Source: Mobula hypostoma
Lineage: Eukaryota
Assembly: GCF_963921235.1 (NCBI RefSeq)
Contig: NC_086097.1
Coordinates: 192,264,001 to 192,328,000 of the forward strand
DNA length: 64,000 bases
Direction: 5' to 3'
Part shown: piece after piece, positions 37,256 to 52,129 of the stretch
Layout of the letters: each line of letters begins with the position of its first letter
How positions within the stretch are numbered: the first letter of the stretch is position 1
Program-made: the position numbers and the translations under genes
The notes under the pieces: model-generated
What the model saw: only the letters and a program-made list of their open reading frames with translations
What the model was told of the DNA's origin: nothing
Database searches by the model: none

Positions 37256-38640
37256 ACTTACCAGTGATAGTAAACCTGATTCTGATTCTGAACTTCAGTA
37301 GTCAGACGTTTACTTTGGTGTTAGAACTTCTCTGTTCATGTGAAGTTATCCTCATGTTGATGCTAACTGAAGGGATTTTTGGTAAGGGGTGAATTCCCTT
37401 GGATGTAAACTCTTGATTCTTTCTAATTGTTCTTTCCTTTTCAGGTGGAAATAATTGAACTAGTTGCCTTTGAAAGCTTTGAATTCATTACTTCTGTTCT
37501 CTGTTGGTGTGATATGCTGCTGCTTCTGTGTAGATGGTGTGGAATAGATAAGTCTGCATGCTTTCACTGGGAATTTTGCTGATGGTCCTTGGAGGACATT
37601 GTAAAGTACCTCTGGGGCCAGACAAATGTGGTTCAGAATGAATATTCTTAATGGAAACAGCTCAAACTGATTGCATTGCAAGCATTAGAGCAGTTGATGT
37701 GAAAAGACAAATTACATCATTTTGAAAGAGGACTGCATATTTTTTGTTCAAGTTCAAGTTTAATTATCACTCAGCCATACATGAACATTGCCAAATGAAA
37801 CAGCGTTCCATTTCCTCGGGGGGTGGGGGGGAACCTCAGCAATCATACTGATCTGGCAAGCCCTTTAAACACTGTATTCACTGCCATAATGGTAGTCACT
37901 TGAATTTACATGACAATAGTTTTAACTTCCAAACTTTCATTATAGCTCTCCTCCTGGGAGTTGGTGTTCGCACTATGCTATACTGCATCAATGTCCCAGT
38001 TGCAGATGATTCATGCATAGTGTCTCTCCATGTTCAGTCTCCTATTTCTAAGTTATCATTGAAGTTAAGTAGCTGAAGAATACCCATGATCTTGAAATTA
38101 AGTGATGCTGTCTCTTCTTCATTCTTGTCCTATTGCCTGTGGGCATCAGATCATATTGAATGGTGGAGCAGACTCATGGGAGTATATGGTACATTCCTTC
38201 TTCAAGTTCTGATGCTCTTTCTCGAAAGTACTTTTGACTGCAACTCTTGGCTGTAGGAGAAGGGATCAAAGGTTGGACTGTGGTATTGGAAGAAAGGGAC
38301 AAAAAGATTACATGTATCCTGGAGAGGGTCCTGACTGGTTGCATCACCATCTGGTATCGAGGATCAGAAAAAGAGACAGAGGGTTTTAAACAGCCAGCTC
38401 CGTCATGGGCACAAGTGTCCCTACTATCAAAGACGTCTTCAATATGTAATGCCTCAAGAAGGCAGCATCCACCATTAAGGATCCTTACCGTGCAAAATAT
38501 GCCCTCTTCTCATTACTGCCATCTGAGAGGAAGTACAGGAACCCAAAGACACACTCAATGTTTAGGAACACCTTCTTCCCCTCTGTCATCAGACTTCTGA
38601 AAGGACAATAATCTCATGTACGCCACCTCAGTAATTTTTT

Positions 38641-38811
38641 GCACACACATAGAAGTTGCTGGTGAATGCAGCAGGCCAGGCAGCATCTCTAGGAAGAGGT
38701 ACAGTCGACTCTACCTCTTCCTAGAGATACTGCCTGGTCTTCTGCGTTCACCAGCAACTTTTATGTGTGTTGCTTGAAATTCCAGCATCTGTAGATTTCC
38801 TCGTGTTTGCA
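38641..38811. mobile_element. Penelope-like pseudo-LTR palindrome inserted in a Rex1/Babar 3' fragment (38320-38970)
   Basis: Arms of about 60 bp centred on GTCGAC (38704-38709); imperfect TSD TCAGTAATTTTTT/TCAATAATTTTTT (38628-38640, 38812-38824). Confidence 0.85.
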
Positions 38812-40019
38812 TCAATAATTTTTTCTTTGTTTTTGCTCTCATTTTGTATAACTTCATCTAATTTTTTAAATATATTTCTTATTGTAATTTACAGCTTTTT
38901 ATTATATATTGCAATGTATTGCTGCCAAAACTTCACGACATATGCTAGTTATATTAAACCTGGTTCTGATTTATAGCTGAACAGCTGCCACTGTATGGAG
39001 CTAGTGAGGCTTCTAGAGCTAAATGATGCAGCACAGAGTCGATGGGCTGAATAGCTTAACTTTGTTCCTATGTTTGATATATGAAGGGCATGCAAACTTA
39101 TAATTAGTATATGTGAGTCCAAATCAGTAGCTTAAGAAGAAGGATTTGAATCTTTGTGATGAGGTTGGGGTCTGGACTCTTTGCAATGGTCAACATACAG
39201 TGTGATCCCATGACTTCATGGTAATTGTCTTTCTTGTTCTCCAGCAAGTTAATCACTCCTTTCCTCCTTCACCAAGATCTCCATTGCTGTATTGAAAAAT
39301 CTTGAAATTTACGCTCTCCTAAACTATGTTGTCCCTTTTCATGTTAGAATAATTTTACAATGACTTCCACCATCCAATGCAGCCACAAAGCACCTCCTCT
39401 TTAAGAAGTGCAGATGGACTTTCAGTAGCACAGGATCACTTTATGTGGTACTACATATTCAGAATTTTGGCTGTATAACTACTCAACAGCAAGGTTAGCA
39501 CTGGCTGTACATAGCAATGACAGTAATTAGCAGAACAGGATGAAATTGGTGCTCTGCTTACTTCAGAAATAATAGGCGTGGGCTAATTGTACACCACAAA
39601 CCCATACCTAATTTAGTCCATTTTTATATGTTGTGCTAGAAATCACTGAGGAAAACACATTACCTGTTTGACAGCTTCAAATTGAATGATGGCAACTTAT
39701 GTTCACAATAATCTTATGTAGTGCTGTACTTTTCAAGAGAATGGAAAAGGAAATTATCCTGTGGAGGTTGTTTTCCAAAGCATACATTTTAAAATTCCCT
39801 TATAAGATCATAACAAATTGAAAATTTCCCACTGAGGTGCACACCATCATTAACTTGTAAGTCCATTTCCTCCTATTATTAGACAGTAACTGTGGCATAC
39901 TGAACAAAAAAAACATTATGTTTCAGTTCTGACAATACATTTAATTCCTTAATACTACAAATAATTACATTGAAAATAAAACCATTAATTTCACTATATG
40001 TCCAGTTTGAACTTAGAGT

Positions 40020-42595
40020 CATCGTCATAGAGCACTATAAAATACACAAACAATGCCTTCAGCTCATCTAGTTTGTGCTGAATTTTCCCTTGCCCCTTCC
40101 ACCTGCATCCAGACCATAACCGTCTCATCCATGTACTTATCTAAACTTCTGTTAAAAAATGCAAGCCATCACTTCGGCTGGCAGCTCATTGCACACTTGC
40201 ACTACTCTCTGAGTGAAGAAGCTCCCCTTCAGGTACCCCTTAAATATTTCACCTTTCATTCTTTAAACCCTTAACCAATGACCTCCTGTTCTAGCCTCAT
40301 CTAATCTCAGTGGAACAAGGCTGCTTGCATTTACCCTATTATACCCCTAATAATTCTGTATACTGTACCTCTATCAAATTTCCTCTTACTCCCCTATGCT
40401 CTTGGAAATAAAGTCCTAATCTATTCAACATTTCCTTGTAACTCAGGTCCTGCAGTCCCAGTAGCATCCTTGTACATTTTCTCTGCACTATTTCAGTCTT
40501 ATTAATAGCTTTCCTGCAGGTGACCAAAACTATATACAATACTCTAGACTAGGTCTCAACAACATCTTGTATAACCTCAACATACCCCAGCTCCTGTACT
40601 TGGTACTCTGATTAATGAAGGCCAACGTGCCAAAAGCTTTCTTTATGAACATATTTGCCTATGACACCACTTTCAAGGAATTATGGGACTGTATTCCCAG
40701 ATTCCTTTGTTCTCCCAAGCTCCTTCGTGCCCTAGCATTCACTGGGTAAGTCCTCTCCTGGTTTGTTCTCCTAAAGTGCAACACCTTACAATTGGCTGCA
40801 ACAAAATCTATCTGCCCTCTTTCAGCCCATTTTTCCATCTGCTCCAGATCCTGCCGCAAGCCTTGATAGCCTTCCTCATTGTCCAGTAAGCCCTCAATCT
40901 TGATGTCATCCACAAATTTGCTGATCCAGTTTAACACATTTTCATCAAATACATTAATACAAATGACAAACAACACCTGACCCATCATTGTGTCACAGGC
41001 CTTCAGTTAGAGAGGAACCATCTACTACCACTCTCTGGGTTCTCCCACTAAACTAATGTTGAATCCAAATTACTATTTCATCCTGATTACCAAGCGACTT
41101 AACTTTCAAAGTACTTTGTCAGAGCCATGCTAAAGTCCATATAGACAGTATCGACTACCTTTCCCTTCATCAACTTTCCTGATAATCTCCTAAAAAATAT
41201 TCTGTCTGTGTCAGTTCTTCTAGTTGAACCCCGTCTTTTTGTGTGTTTTCCCCCTAGCTGTCAGTCTGTGGTTTTGCATTACCATGTGCTCCTGTCGCTG
41301 TCCCTGCCCCTGCTCCTGCTCTACTCCAGCCCCTGTATTACTGAGTACTTCATCTCTCATCTGTTTCTGCCACCTGTGTCTCATTGTGCTCCACCTATCA
41401 TCTACCTCTCTGTTTGTTACTCAGTGTATTTCAGTCCTGTGTTTTCACCTGTTTGTAGCCAGATCGTGTCAGTGAATTTTCCTGAGCTTTTCCAGCATTT
41501 GTATCTGTACTCTGTCTGTCTGAATATTGACTCTGCCAGTTTCCCGATTCTGGTTTTTGGATTTCTCTGGATGTTTTGATCTCTGCCTGAACTTTGATGC
41601 CAACTTTGTTTGCACCTTCGGATTTGTTACTCAATTAATATCACTGTGTATAGTACAGGGTCTGCGATTGGTTCCCTGCTCCAGCAAACTGACAGTCTGA
41701 TTGGTTATTCCTGCAGCACACAATGCCATGTTGACTGTCCCTAATCAGGCCCTATCTATCCAAATGCTTATATGTCTGGTCCCTCAGAATGCTTTCCAAT
41801 AATTTACTCACTGCTGATGTTAGGCTCACTGGCCCATAATTCCCTAGCTTATTCTTACAGCCTTTCTTGAGCAACAAAGCAATATTAGCTATCCTCCAAT
41901 CCCTGGTACCCTACCTGTGGCTAAGAATGTTTTAAATACTTTTGCCAGGGTCCCTGCACTTTTTGCACTAGTCTCCCATGAAGTCCAAGGAGAAATTAAA
42001 AGTTCAGGGAGATATAAAATGGATTTTTTTGCATCTGTATTTACTTGGGAGATGGATACAGCGTCTATAGAACTGAGGCAAAACAGGCTCTGGAAAGTTA
42101 TTGATCCAAACTTGCCTCAAGGTGGCAAGCACCTCCTCTTTTTATCTGGATACAGTCTATGATCTGACTAAAATTTTGCTTCAGTTCTATAACCTCTGTA
42201 TCCATTTCCCAAGTAAATACAGATGCACAAAATCTATTTGAGATGTCCCTGATATTTCAGTCCTCCTGATTTTCCTCTAATGGTTCTTTTCCATTCTTTA
42301 CAGTCAAGTGCCTCATTTGTTCCTTGTTGCCTATACCTGCTATGCACCTTCTTTTTCTTAACTAGGGACTCAATATTCTCCAAAAACCAAGTTTCCCTAA
42401 ACCTGTTAGCTTTGCCTCTTATTTTAACAGGAACTCTATACTCACAATATTTCACTTTTGAATGCTTCCCACTTACCAAGCATCCCTTTGCCAGAAACAA
42501 CCTGACTCATTGCACCATCTGTCATCAAAATTCACCTTTCTCCAACTTAGAACTCAACCCTGAGGGTCAATCCTATTTTTCTCCATAATTATTTT
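40020..42595 (-). mobile_element. Decayed CR1 ORF2, interrupted by a solo LTR and a fold-back
   Basis: 'WISKFVDDIKI' and 'PVKIRGKANRFRETW' on the minus strand. Confidence 0.8.
41209..41694 (+). mobile_element. 486-bp solo LTR
   Basis: TGTCAGTT...AACTGACA inverted termini; 5-bp TSD GTCTG (41204-41208, 41695-41699). Confidence 0.9.
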
Positions 42596-44019
42596 GAACC
42601 ATTGGAATTTACTTATAGGAGGATGTTAACACGATTGAAAGATGGCAGAGAAAATTTACAAGGATGTTGCTGGGACAGAAGGACCTGAGTTATAAAAAAG
42701 AATAAATAAGTTTGGACTGTGTTTGTTAGAACGTAGAAGATTGCAAGGAGATTTGATAGAGCTATACAAAATTATGGAGGATATAGATGGGGTAAATGCA
42801 AGCAGACTTTTTGCATTGAGGTTGGGTGGGATTACAGTCAGAAGTTATGGCTCAAGGGTGAAAGGTGAGAAGTTTAAGGAGAACATGAAGGGAAACTTCT
42901 TCACTCAGTGGGTCATCAGAAAGGGGAATGAGCTACCAGCACAAGTGGTCTCTATGCGAGCTGGATTTCAATGTTTAAGAGAGGTTTGGATAGGGATATG
43001 GAGGATTATGGTCCCGGTGCAGATCATTGGGAGTAGGTAGTTTAAATGGTTTCAGCATGGACTAGATGGGCCAAAGGGCTTGCTTCTGTGTTGTACTTTT
43101 GTATGATTCTGTGATTTCAATTTCTTTCACTAGATTCAAAGTGTTCCCCTGCACAAATTTTGTCACCTGTCCCGTCTCCTTCCCTAACAGGAGATCCAGT
43201 GTTACACTTTCACTAGTTGAGACCTCTGTACCTTCATTAAGAAAACTTTCCTGAACACATTTGCAAAGCCCTATTTCATCAAGTCCTTTTGCAGTATTGG
43301 AATCCTGTCAATATGTGGAAAGTTAAAATCACCTACTAATGCAACCTTGTTATATGTTTCTTGCATATGCTTGCTGTCTCTTTGCACTTATTACCCCTCA
43401 ACCAAAGGGGATAACTCCACTCAACTTCACTTGCCCCATCACTGAAGTGTTTCCACAACCAATGGACTCATGACCTTTCAGCTCATGTTCTCAATATTTA
43501 TTGCTTATTTATTTATTATTATTATTTCTTTTTATTTTTCCACAATTTGTCCTCTCTTGCACACTGGTTGAACAACTAAGTCGATGTGGTTGTTCATTGA
43601 TTCTATTATTAAGTATGCCCACAAGAAAATGAATTTCAGTGTTATATATGGTGACATATATGTACTTTGATAATAAATTTACTTTGAACTTTTTGACTAT
43701 GAAACTTACTCCCCTAAATCCTACTGAATGTTCGGTGGTCTATAGTATAAACCCGTTAGCGTGGTCATCTCTTTCTTATTACTCAGATCAGATCCATCCA
43801 TATTACCGCTGTAGGTGAGCACTCAAGTCTATCACCTCTGAGCATTGCCATTACATTTTTTTCCTGAAAACTAATGCCACCCATCTCCCATTAATGCCTT
43901 CCCCTCTATCTTGTCTATAACAACAGAACCCTGGAACACTAAGCTGCCAGACCTACTCCTTCTGGAACCAAGTCTCACTATTAGTTACAATATTATAAAT
44001 CCATGTCCTGATCCATATC

Positions 44020-44585
44020 ACAGAGGCTATGTATGAGAAAGGCCAGAGTCACTTCTACTTCCTGAGGAGACTGAGGTCCTTTGGAGTATGCAGCCTTCTC
44101 CTTCACATGTTCTACCAGTATGTTGCCACCAGTACAGTCCTCTATGTAGTGGTGTGCTGGGGCAATGGCATCAACATGGGTGATGCCGACAGGCTCAATA
44201 AACTGATTAGAAAAGTTGGCTCTGTTAAACAAGTCAAACTGGACATACTGGAGGTTGTGGTAGAGCAAAGGACCCTCCGGAAAATCTTGGCAACTCTGGA
44301 CAATGTTTCTCACCCTCTGCGTGCCACTTTAGCTGAACAGAGGAGCACTTTTAGTAATAAACTAAGACAACTGTGCTGCTCCAAAAAGCACTATATGAGG
44401 TCATTCTTGCCCTCAACCATTAGGCTTTATAATGAGTCAATCTACAGCTTGGGATCCTCCTGTTAGGCTGTTGTGGTAACTTATTTTTTATTTTTTCTAC
44501 TTCTCTTCTAATATTTACATTCGTGCATTTGTAATGCTACTGTGACACTGTAATTTCCTTTGGGATCAATAAAGTATCTATCTAT
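44020..44585 (+). mobile_element. Rex1-like LINE 3' end
   Basis: ORF 'KGQSHFYFLRRLRSFGV...RSFLPSTIRLYN'; tail TTTCCTTTGGGATCAATAAAGTATCTATCTA. Confidence 0.85.
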
Positions 44586-44969
44586 ATTCTAGACTCATCT
44601 GCTTTAACTACAATACTCCTTGCATTGAAATAGGCACAACTCTATTATACCCACAATGCTTAACCTTTCCATTCCTTTGTATGTAGGCTTACTTCCACAA
44701 ATGAACACTCCACTATTTGCCCTGGCACTCTGATTCCCATCCCCTTGCAACTTCCTGGAAGAACTGAGTGCTCTGTGGTGTTCACTGTATACAGCATCTG
44801 TACTTGTGTTTAGTTTGTCTGAGATATCTCAGCATCTGAGGGCAGGAAACTCCTTCTGGCATATGTCTACAATTTACTAGATTGCATTTTTCATTTACTC
44901 TCTGATGCCAGATGTACAAAAGTTATCTTAATTTTCCTATATTCATTTCCAATATCAAGTTTGCTCACG

Positions 44970-46045
<1,076 letters not shown>

Positions 46046-46644
46046 GCATCAAAAAATTAACTTTGTGAACTACTAAACATGGATTTGGGTCTCTGCCACT
46101 TCACCGTCTGGACACATTCTCAAATTTTTTCCTCAAAATTATTTACCCTCATTTCCCCAGCTCTTACTTTACTCGAATCCCTGTAATTTATGATAATTGT
46201 TGAGGCATTTTCTTTTAAATTATTCTAATTAGTTTATTTTAAGCATTACAGTCAATAAACTAGATTGAATTTATTTTTAGTGTCCTGAAACATGACTGAA
46301 TTTAGCACTAAAATCTCAGTCAGCATTTGGTCATCAAATTCCTGTTAGTGTTTGTAAAGAGTTTGTACGTTCTCCCCTTAAACAACATGTGTTTCCTTTG
46401 GGTGCTCCTCCCACGATAGATGGTCAATTGATCATGTGTGTAATTGGATGGTGCAAGCTCATTGGGACAAAAGGGCCTAATATTCCGTATCTCTAAATAA
46501 AAATTTTAAAAATAAGATAAAATTGATCAAAATGATGTTTGAAGCAGCACTGAGCAACACATGCAAATACTAGAGGGACCCTCATTAAGGATCTCAGCCC
46601 AAAATATCCATTGTTTATTCCACTCCATAGATGCTGCCTGACTT

Positions 46645-47230
46645 AGAAACATAGAAAATAGGTGCAGGAGTAGGCCATTCGGCCCTTCGAGCCTGCACCA
46701 CCATTCAGTATGATCATGGCTGATCATCCAACTCAGAACCCCGCCCCAGCCTTCCCTCCATACCCCCTGATCCCTTTAGCCACAAGGGCCATATCTAACT
46801 CCCTCTTAAATATAGCCAATGAACTGGCCGCAACTGTTTCCTGTGGCAGAGAATTCCACAGATTCACCACTCTCTGTGTGAAGAAGTTTTTCCTAATCTC
46901 GGTCCTAAAAGGCTTCCCCTTTATCCTCAAACTGTGACCCCTCGATCTGGACTTCCCCAACATCGGGAACAATCTTCCTGCATCTAGCCTGTCCAATCCC
47001 TTTAGGATTTTATACGTTTCAATCAGATCCCCCCTTCAATCTTCTAAATTCCAAGGAATATAAGCCTAGTTCATCCAGTCTTTCATCATATGAAAGTCCT
47101 GCCATCCCAGGAATCAATCTGGTGAACCTTCTTTGTACTCCCTCTATGGCAAGGATGTCTTTCCTCAGATTAGGGGATCAAAACTGCACACAATATTCCA
47201 GGTGTGGTCTCACCAAGGCCTTGTACAACT
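46645..47230 (-). mobile_element. 5'-truncated CR1 3' end, well preserved
   Basis: 'RLFPMLGKSRSRGHSLRIKG...NFFTQRVVNLWNSLP' plus 3'UTR and tail. Confidence 0.9.
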
Positions 47231-47339
47231 CAGTAGTTGAATGGTTGATAATGAATTCTAATAGTACAGAGCATTTGTATTCTACAAGCTTTAGAGCAGC
47301 TTCTGTTAGAACCCGCTAGGGAAAAGGTATTTCCAATTC

Positions 47340-49930
47340 AATGTTGTGTAATGAAGTAGATTTGACAGAGCAGCTTAAGGTAAAGGAACTTTCAGGAGGC
47401 AGTGACGATAATATAATAGAATTCATCCTGCAGTTTGAGAGGGAGATGCTAAAATTGGATGTATTGCTATTGCAGTAGAGTAAAGGGAATTACAGAGTCA
47501 CAAGGAAGAAGGTAGCTAAAATTGATTGGAAGGAGACACTAGCAGGGATGGCAGTCAAACGGCAATGGCTGGAGTTTCTAGGAGTAATTCGGAAGACATA
47601 GGATTGGTTAGAATGCTTAACTGGAGAATAAGGCAACCATAGCTAACAAGAGAAGTCAAAGACAGCAATAAAGCAAAAAAAGGGCAGACAATAAGGTAGA
47701 AGTTAGTGCAAGTTAGAGGTTTGGGAAGATTTTAAAAATAAACTAAAGGCAACTAAAAAAGTAATAAGGATAGAAAAGATGAAACATGAAGGTAAACTAG
47801 CAAATAATATAAAAGTGTATGCCAAGAGATTTTTTTAGATATATAAAGAATAATACAGAGGGAGAATATACATTAAACTATCGGAAAATAGTGCTGGAGT
47901 CATAACAATGGGGAACAAAGAAATGGTGAATGAACTGAATAAGTACTTTGTGTCAGTCTTTACTGTGGTAGGCACCAACAGGATTCCAGAAATTTGAGAG
48001 AATCAGAGGCAGAAATTAGTTTAGTCACTATTACTGAGCAGAGGGTGCTTGGGAAGCTGAAAGGTCTGCAGGTAGATAAGTAACATGAACCAGTTTTATT
48101 GCATCCCAGCGTTCTGAAATAGGTTGCTGAAAGCCTTAGTAAGTGATCTCTCAAGAACAACGAGATTTTGGAATGGTTCTGGAGGACTGGAAAATTGCAG
48201 ATGTTGCATCTGTAGATGTGTACTTTCCTCTGTTCAGGACATGTACAGCAGCAGGTGTATAAAAAGGGCCAGAGGATCATCAGGGACTCCAGCCACCCCA
48301 AGCACAAACTGCTTCAGCTATGTTTGTCTGCCAGATGGTACCACAGCATTAAGGCCATGACCAACAGGCTCTTTCACCAGGCCATCAGATGATCAATACA
48401 CATTGATCTGATTTCAGATCTGACTGTATATTGTATCTGTCTGTACAAACATGTATACAAAACAATTATGTATTCAATCTTAGTGTTTGGGTAATATCCT
48501 CCCACATTTCCCTTCCTTATTGCTTGTACATAGCGACGGAGACGCAACATAAAGATTTCTACTCCCTGATGTTGTGAGATGGATGTAAGAAATAAAAATT
48601 CTAATTCCAATTCCACTCTTTAAGAAAGGAAGGAGGCAAATAGAACCAGGAAATTTCAGGGCAATTGGCCTGACTTCAGTGGTTGGCAAGATGCTAGAGT
48701 CCATTATTAAGGTTTTAGTGTACTTAGAAGCACATGATAAAATTGACTGATGTCAGCGGGGTTTCCTTAAAGGGCAATCCTGCTTGACAAATCTGTTGGA
48801 ATTCATTGAGGAAATAACAGGCAGGATAAACAAAGGAGAGTTAGTGGATGTTTTTAATTTGGATTTTCAGAAGGCCTTTGACAAGGTGCCACACGTGAAG
48901 CTGCTTAACAAGATAAGAGTCCATGTTATTACAGGAGAAACTAGAATGGACAGATGATTGGCTGACTGACAGAAGGCAAAGAGTGGGAATAAGGAGTACC
49001 TTTACTAGCTGGCTGCAGGTAACTAGCGGTGTGCTGCAGGGATGGATTTTGGGTCTGCTGCTTTTCATTTATATGTTAGTGATCTGGATGACTGTTCGTT
49101 GGAGGGGCAGGTACTGTTGAGGAGGCAGGGAGTCAGCAGAAAGGTTTTGACAGATTAGGAGAATGGGCAAAGAAGAGGTAAATTGAATACTGTGCGGGGA
49201 AGTGTATGATCATGTACTTTGGGAGAAGAAGTAAAAGTATGGACTATTTTTTATTTGGGGAGTGAATTCAGAAATCAGAGGTGCAATGGTAATTGCAAGT
49301 CCTAGTGCAGGATTCCCTAAAGGTTAACTTGCAGGTTGAGTCAGTAGTAAGGAAGACAAATACAATATCAGCATTCATGTCAAGACTAGAACATAAAATC
49401 AAAGATGTAATGATGAGGCTTCATAAGGATATGGTTAGACCACATTTGGAGTATTGTGCTCGAAGTATGTGCTGGCATTCCAGAAATGGTTCATGAGAAT
49501 GATCCCAGGAATGAAAGGGCTAACGAGTGTTTGATAGCTTGTGGCTCCTACTCACTCAAGTTTAGAAGAATGAGAGGAGATCTCATGAAGCCAAGTGAAC
49601 ACTGGAAGGCTCAGATATTGTGGAGATGGAGAGGATGTTTCTAATTATGGCTGAGTCTAGTACATGGCCTTAGGATAGGACATCCCTTTAGAATAGAGAT
49701 GAGGAGATAATTCTTTAGCCAGAGGGTGGTGAATTCATTGCCATGTTTGGCTGTGGAGGCCAAGTCATCAGGTAAACTTAAGGCAGAGTTTGATAGGTTC
49801 TTGAGTATTAAGGGCATCAATGGTTAAGAAGACGAGAATGGTCTTGAAAGGAAAAATAAATTAGCCATGATTGAGTGGCTCGATGGGCCTAATTCTGCTT
49901 CTGGGTCATATAGCCTTATGATTTTATGGT
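47340..49930 (+). mobile_element. Decayed CR1 ORF2 with a nested Rex1-like 3' fragment (~48210-48610)
   Basis: Colinear with 8570-10830; SCLTNLLEF and DFQKAFDKVPH remnants. Confidence 0.85.
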
Positions 49931-51699
49931 CAGCTATTATGGCAGAAGTGGAGGGTGCCTTTAATACCTTTAAAGGCAACAAGCTAAGGTAATGTGTTCC
50001 TAATTCAAAAGAAACAGTTCGACGATTATTGTAATTTGGAGATGGCACTCCAATTTATGTGGTATTGACAGAAATGGTCATTACTTGAACATTGACGTCA
50101 TTTGGGAATAGAACATCGAAGTACCCTGCTCAGTTTACTGGTTGTACTCTGCAGGATACCAACCTTCTCAGCTGTGTCACACCTGGTTCCTTATGAAAGC
50201 ACAAGTGTTCATGGAAAAAAAGGACAAGGACTATGGAGTTTAAATAAGAATGGTCAATTCACTCAACACATTCTTCAATTTGCCATTTGGTATAGCACAT
50301 GTGACAGTGTTTTAAAGCAGTGATGATGAAGGAAAACTGATGGTTATGTGTATCTTGGAGGATAAATAGGAGGAGATGCTACCTTGCATCTCAAGAACAT
50401 TCATTCTCCATGGCAGTAGTAGTTACAGGTTTGTAAGATACCCTTGAAGGAGCTCTTGCATTTTGAGTGATTGGCTCTCTTTACCTGAGCAACCAAGTGG
50501 CAATCCATCTCACCTGAAAGTGTTTCTTACATGAAACCTAACATTATGACCCTGAATTTGACTGGTTGGAATCAGCTTTCATGTGGTATGGATTTTCCTA
50601 GTTTTAACCTCTTACTCATTCCCAAACCCAATTGTCAACACTCTTGCATGCCAAAGTTGCACCCTCTGCAGACAGCAGACAGGATTGAAAATTACTCAAA
50701 ATATTTTTCACAGCAGACGGAGTTAAAGATTATTCCAAATCTAAGCAAACTTTCTTTCAAAATGGAGGCAACACTGCAAAGGTAATTAGTAGTTTAATTC
50801 TTATAGCTAGAAGTTTATGTAATATATGATAATTTATTATAATCAATTGGCTTTACAAACACTTCCAATATACAAGTACAATGATCTATTGATAATGGTA
50901 CAAATAGAAAACAAGAGGTACGGATATCTGAAACATGAATACAGAACCCCTGAAGTGTTGAACTGATTCAAAGTTTAGTATTGTCCTTGGTGTTACTGTA
51001 ACAGGGCAAGATTTTTATACTTTTCTGAATGTTTTTGAAGTGATGGAACTGTTCCAGAAACCCATTTAAACAACGCAATGATAAGAGATGTGTCAAGAGA
51101 TGATGAACACTGAATGATGCTGTTAGTGTCAGTTTAAGCTGATAAAATGGATCAAATAAAGGGTCTATGTTAAATCTTTTCACAGGCATGACGGTTTAAA
51201 ATAATGCTGATAACAAGCTGAAATTCATTTTACTTTAAAACATCATGGATAATAAATTGAAAGCGAGCACGTGTTTGATCTTTGCCTGTCTTTTACTGCT
51301 ATTTGGTTCCCTCAATCCCAATATATACTGGAATATTCCAGAAATTCAACTTTAGGGAGCGTTCATCCGCTGGTTCAAGATATTGTGGGACACAGTAGCA
51401 CTTAATATATTTCAGACAGGTAAATCAGGGATCGGGGTGCAGTGCTGCTGGAGCTCACTGGCACACCGCTCTGGCACCTCTGCTTAAAAAAAAAGAAGTC
51501 AAAATAAACAAATGGGGAATTTAACAGCGGCCGCATATTAAATAGAGGGGATTTTACGGAAGCGTGGGTTGGGGAGAGGGGGTGGTGGCTTGTGGGGAAA
51601 ATACCACTAATAACATTAGCATATTTGACCATTTTTGGTGAAATCTTGGAGCTGTGACTGTTTTTTATTTAGGTATTTGTGAAATTCCTCCTCGCTCAA

Positions 51700-51900
51700 C
51701 CCATTGTCCCAGCATACCCTGCTGTAGCCTCCCACCATTTCACAGCTCCTCAGACTCTTTCATTGTTTGAGCATTGTTCGCAGAGAAAATAAAAATCTTA
51801 GATCTTTTGAAAAGTGGCATGTTGCTTGCCGAAGTGGGCCATAAGGTCGATAAGAATGAATCGAGCATTCGCACTTAGTAAGGTTACATCTGTGGTGGTC
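51700..51900 (+). mobile_element. Tigger/pogo-like transposase N-terminal HTH fragment
   Basis: 51783-51874 translates EKIKILDLLKSGMLLAEVGHKVDKNESSIR, a CENP-B/psq-type HTH. Confidence 0.65.
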
Positions 51901-52129
51901 CGTAGATTACTCGCTAATACACATTTTTCTCACTAATAACCCTATGGCTTCTAAGCAAACAACGTTAACTTCTTTCTTTCGTAAATAAGCTGAGGAGTGT
52001 AACAAGAATAACGTACAAGAGACTGATAACAGTAAAAGTGACAAAAGCTGTGTTTTGCCTGCTTCTAGTTCAAATTTTCTAACTGGGTCCAAATGCAGTT
52101 CTGAAAGTAATGGTCCTTCAAAGTCAGGC

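Noticed and set aside
37420..37582. Strong-looking splice acceptor (CTAAT, pyrimidine tract, CAG at 37444) with a short open frame
   Set aside because: The peptide is not recognisable and no linked exon was found; such motifs arise by chance.
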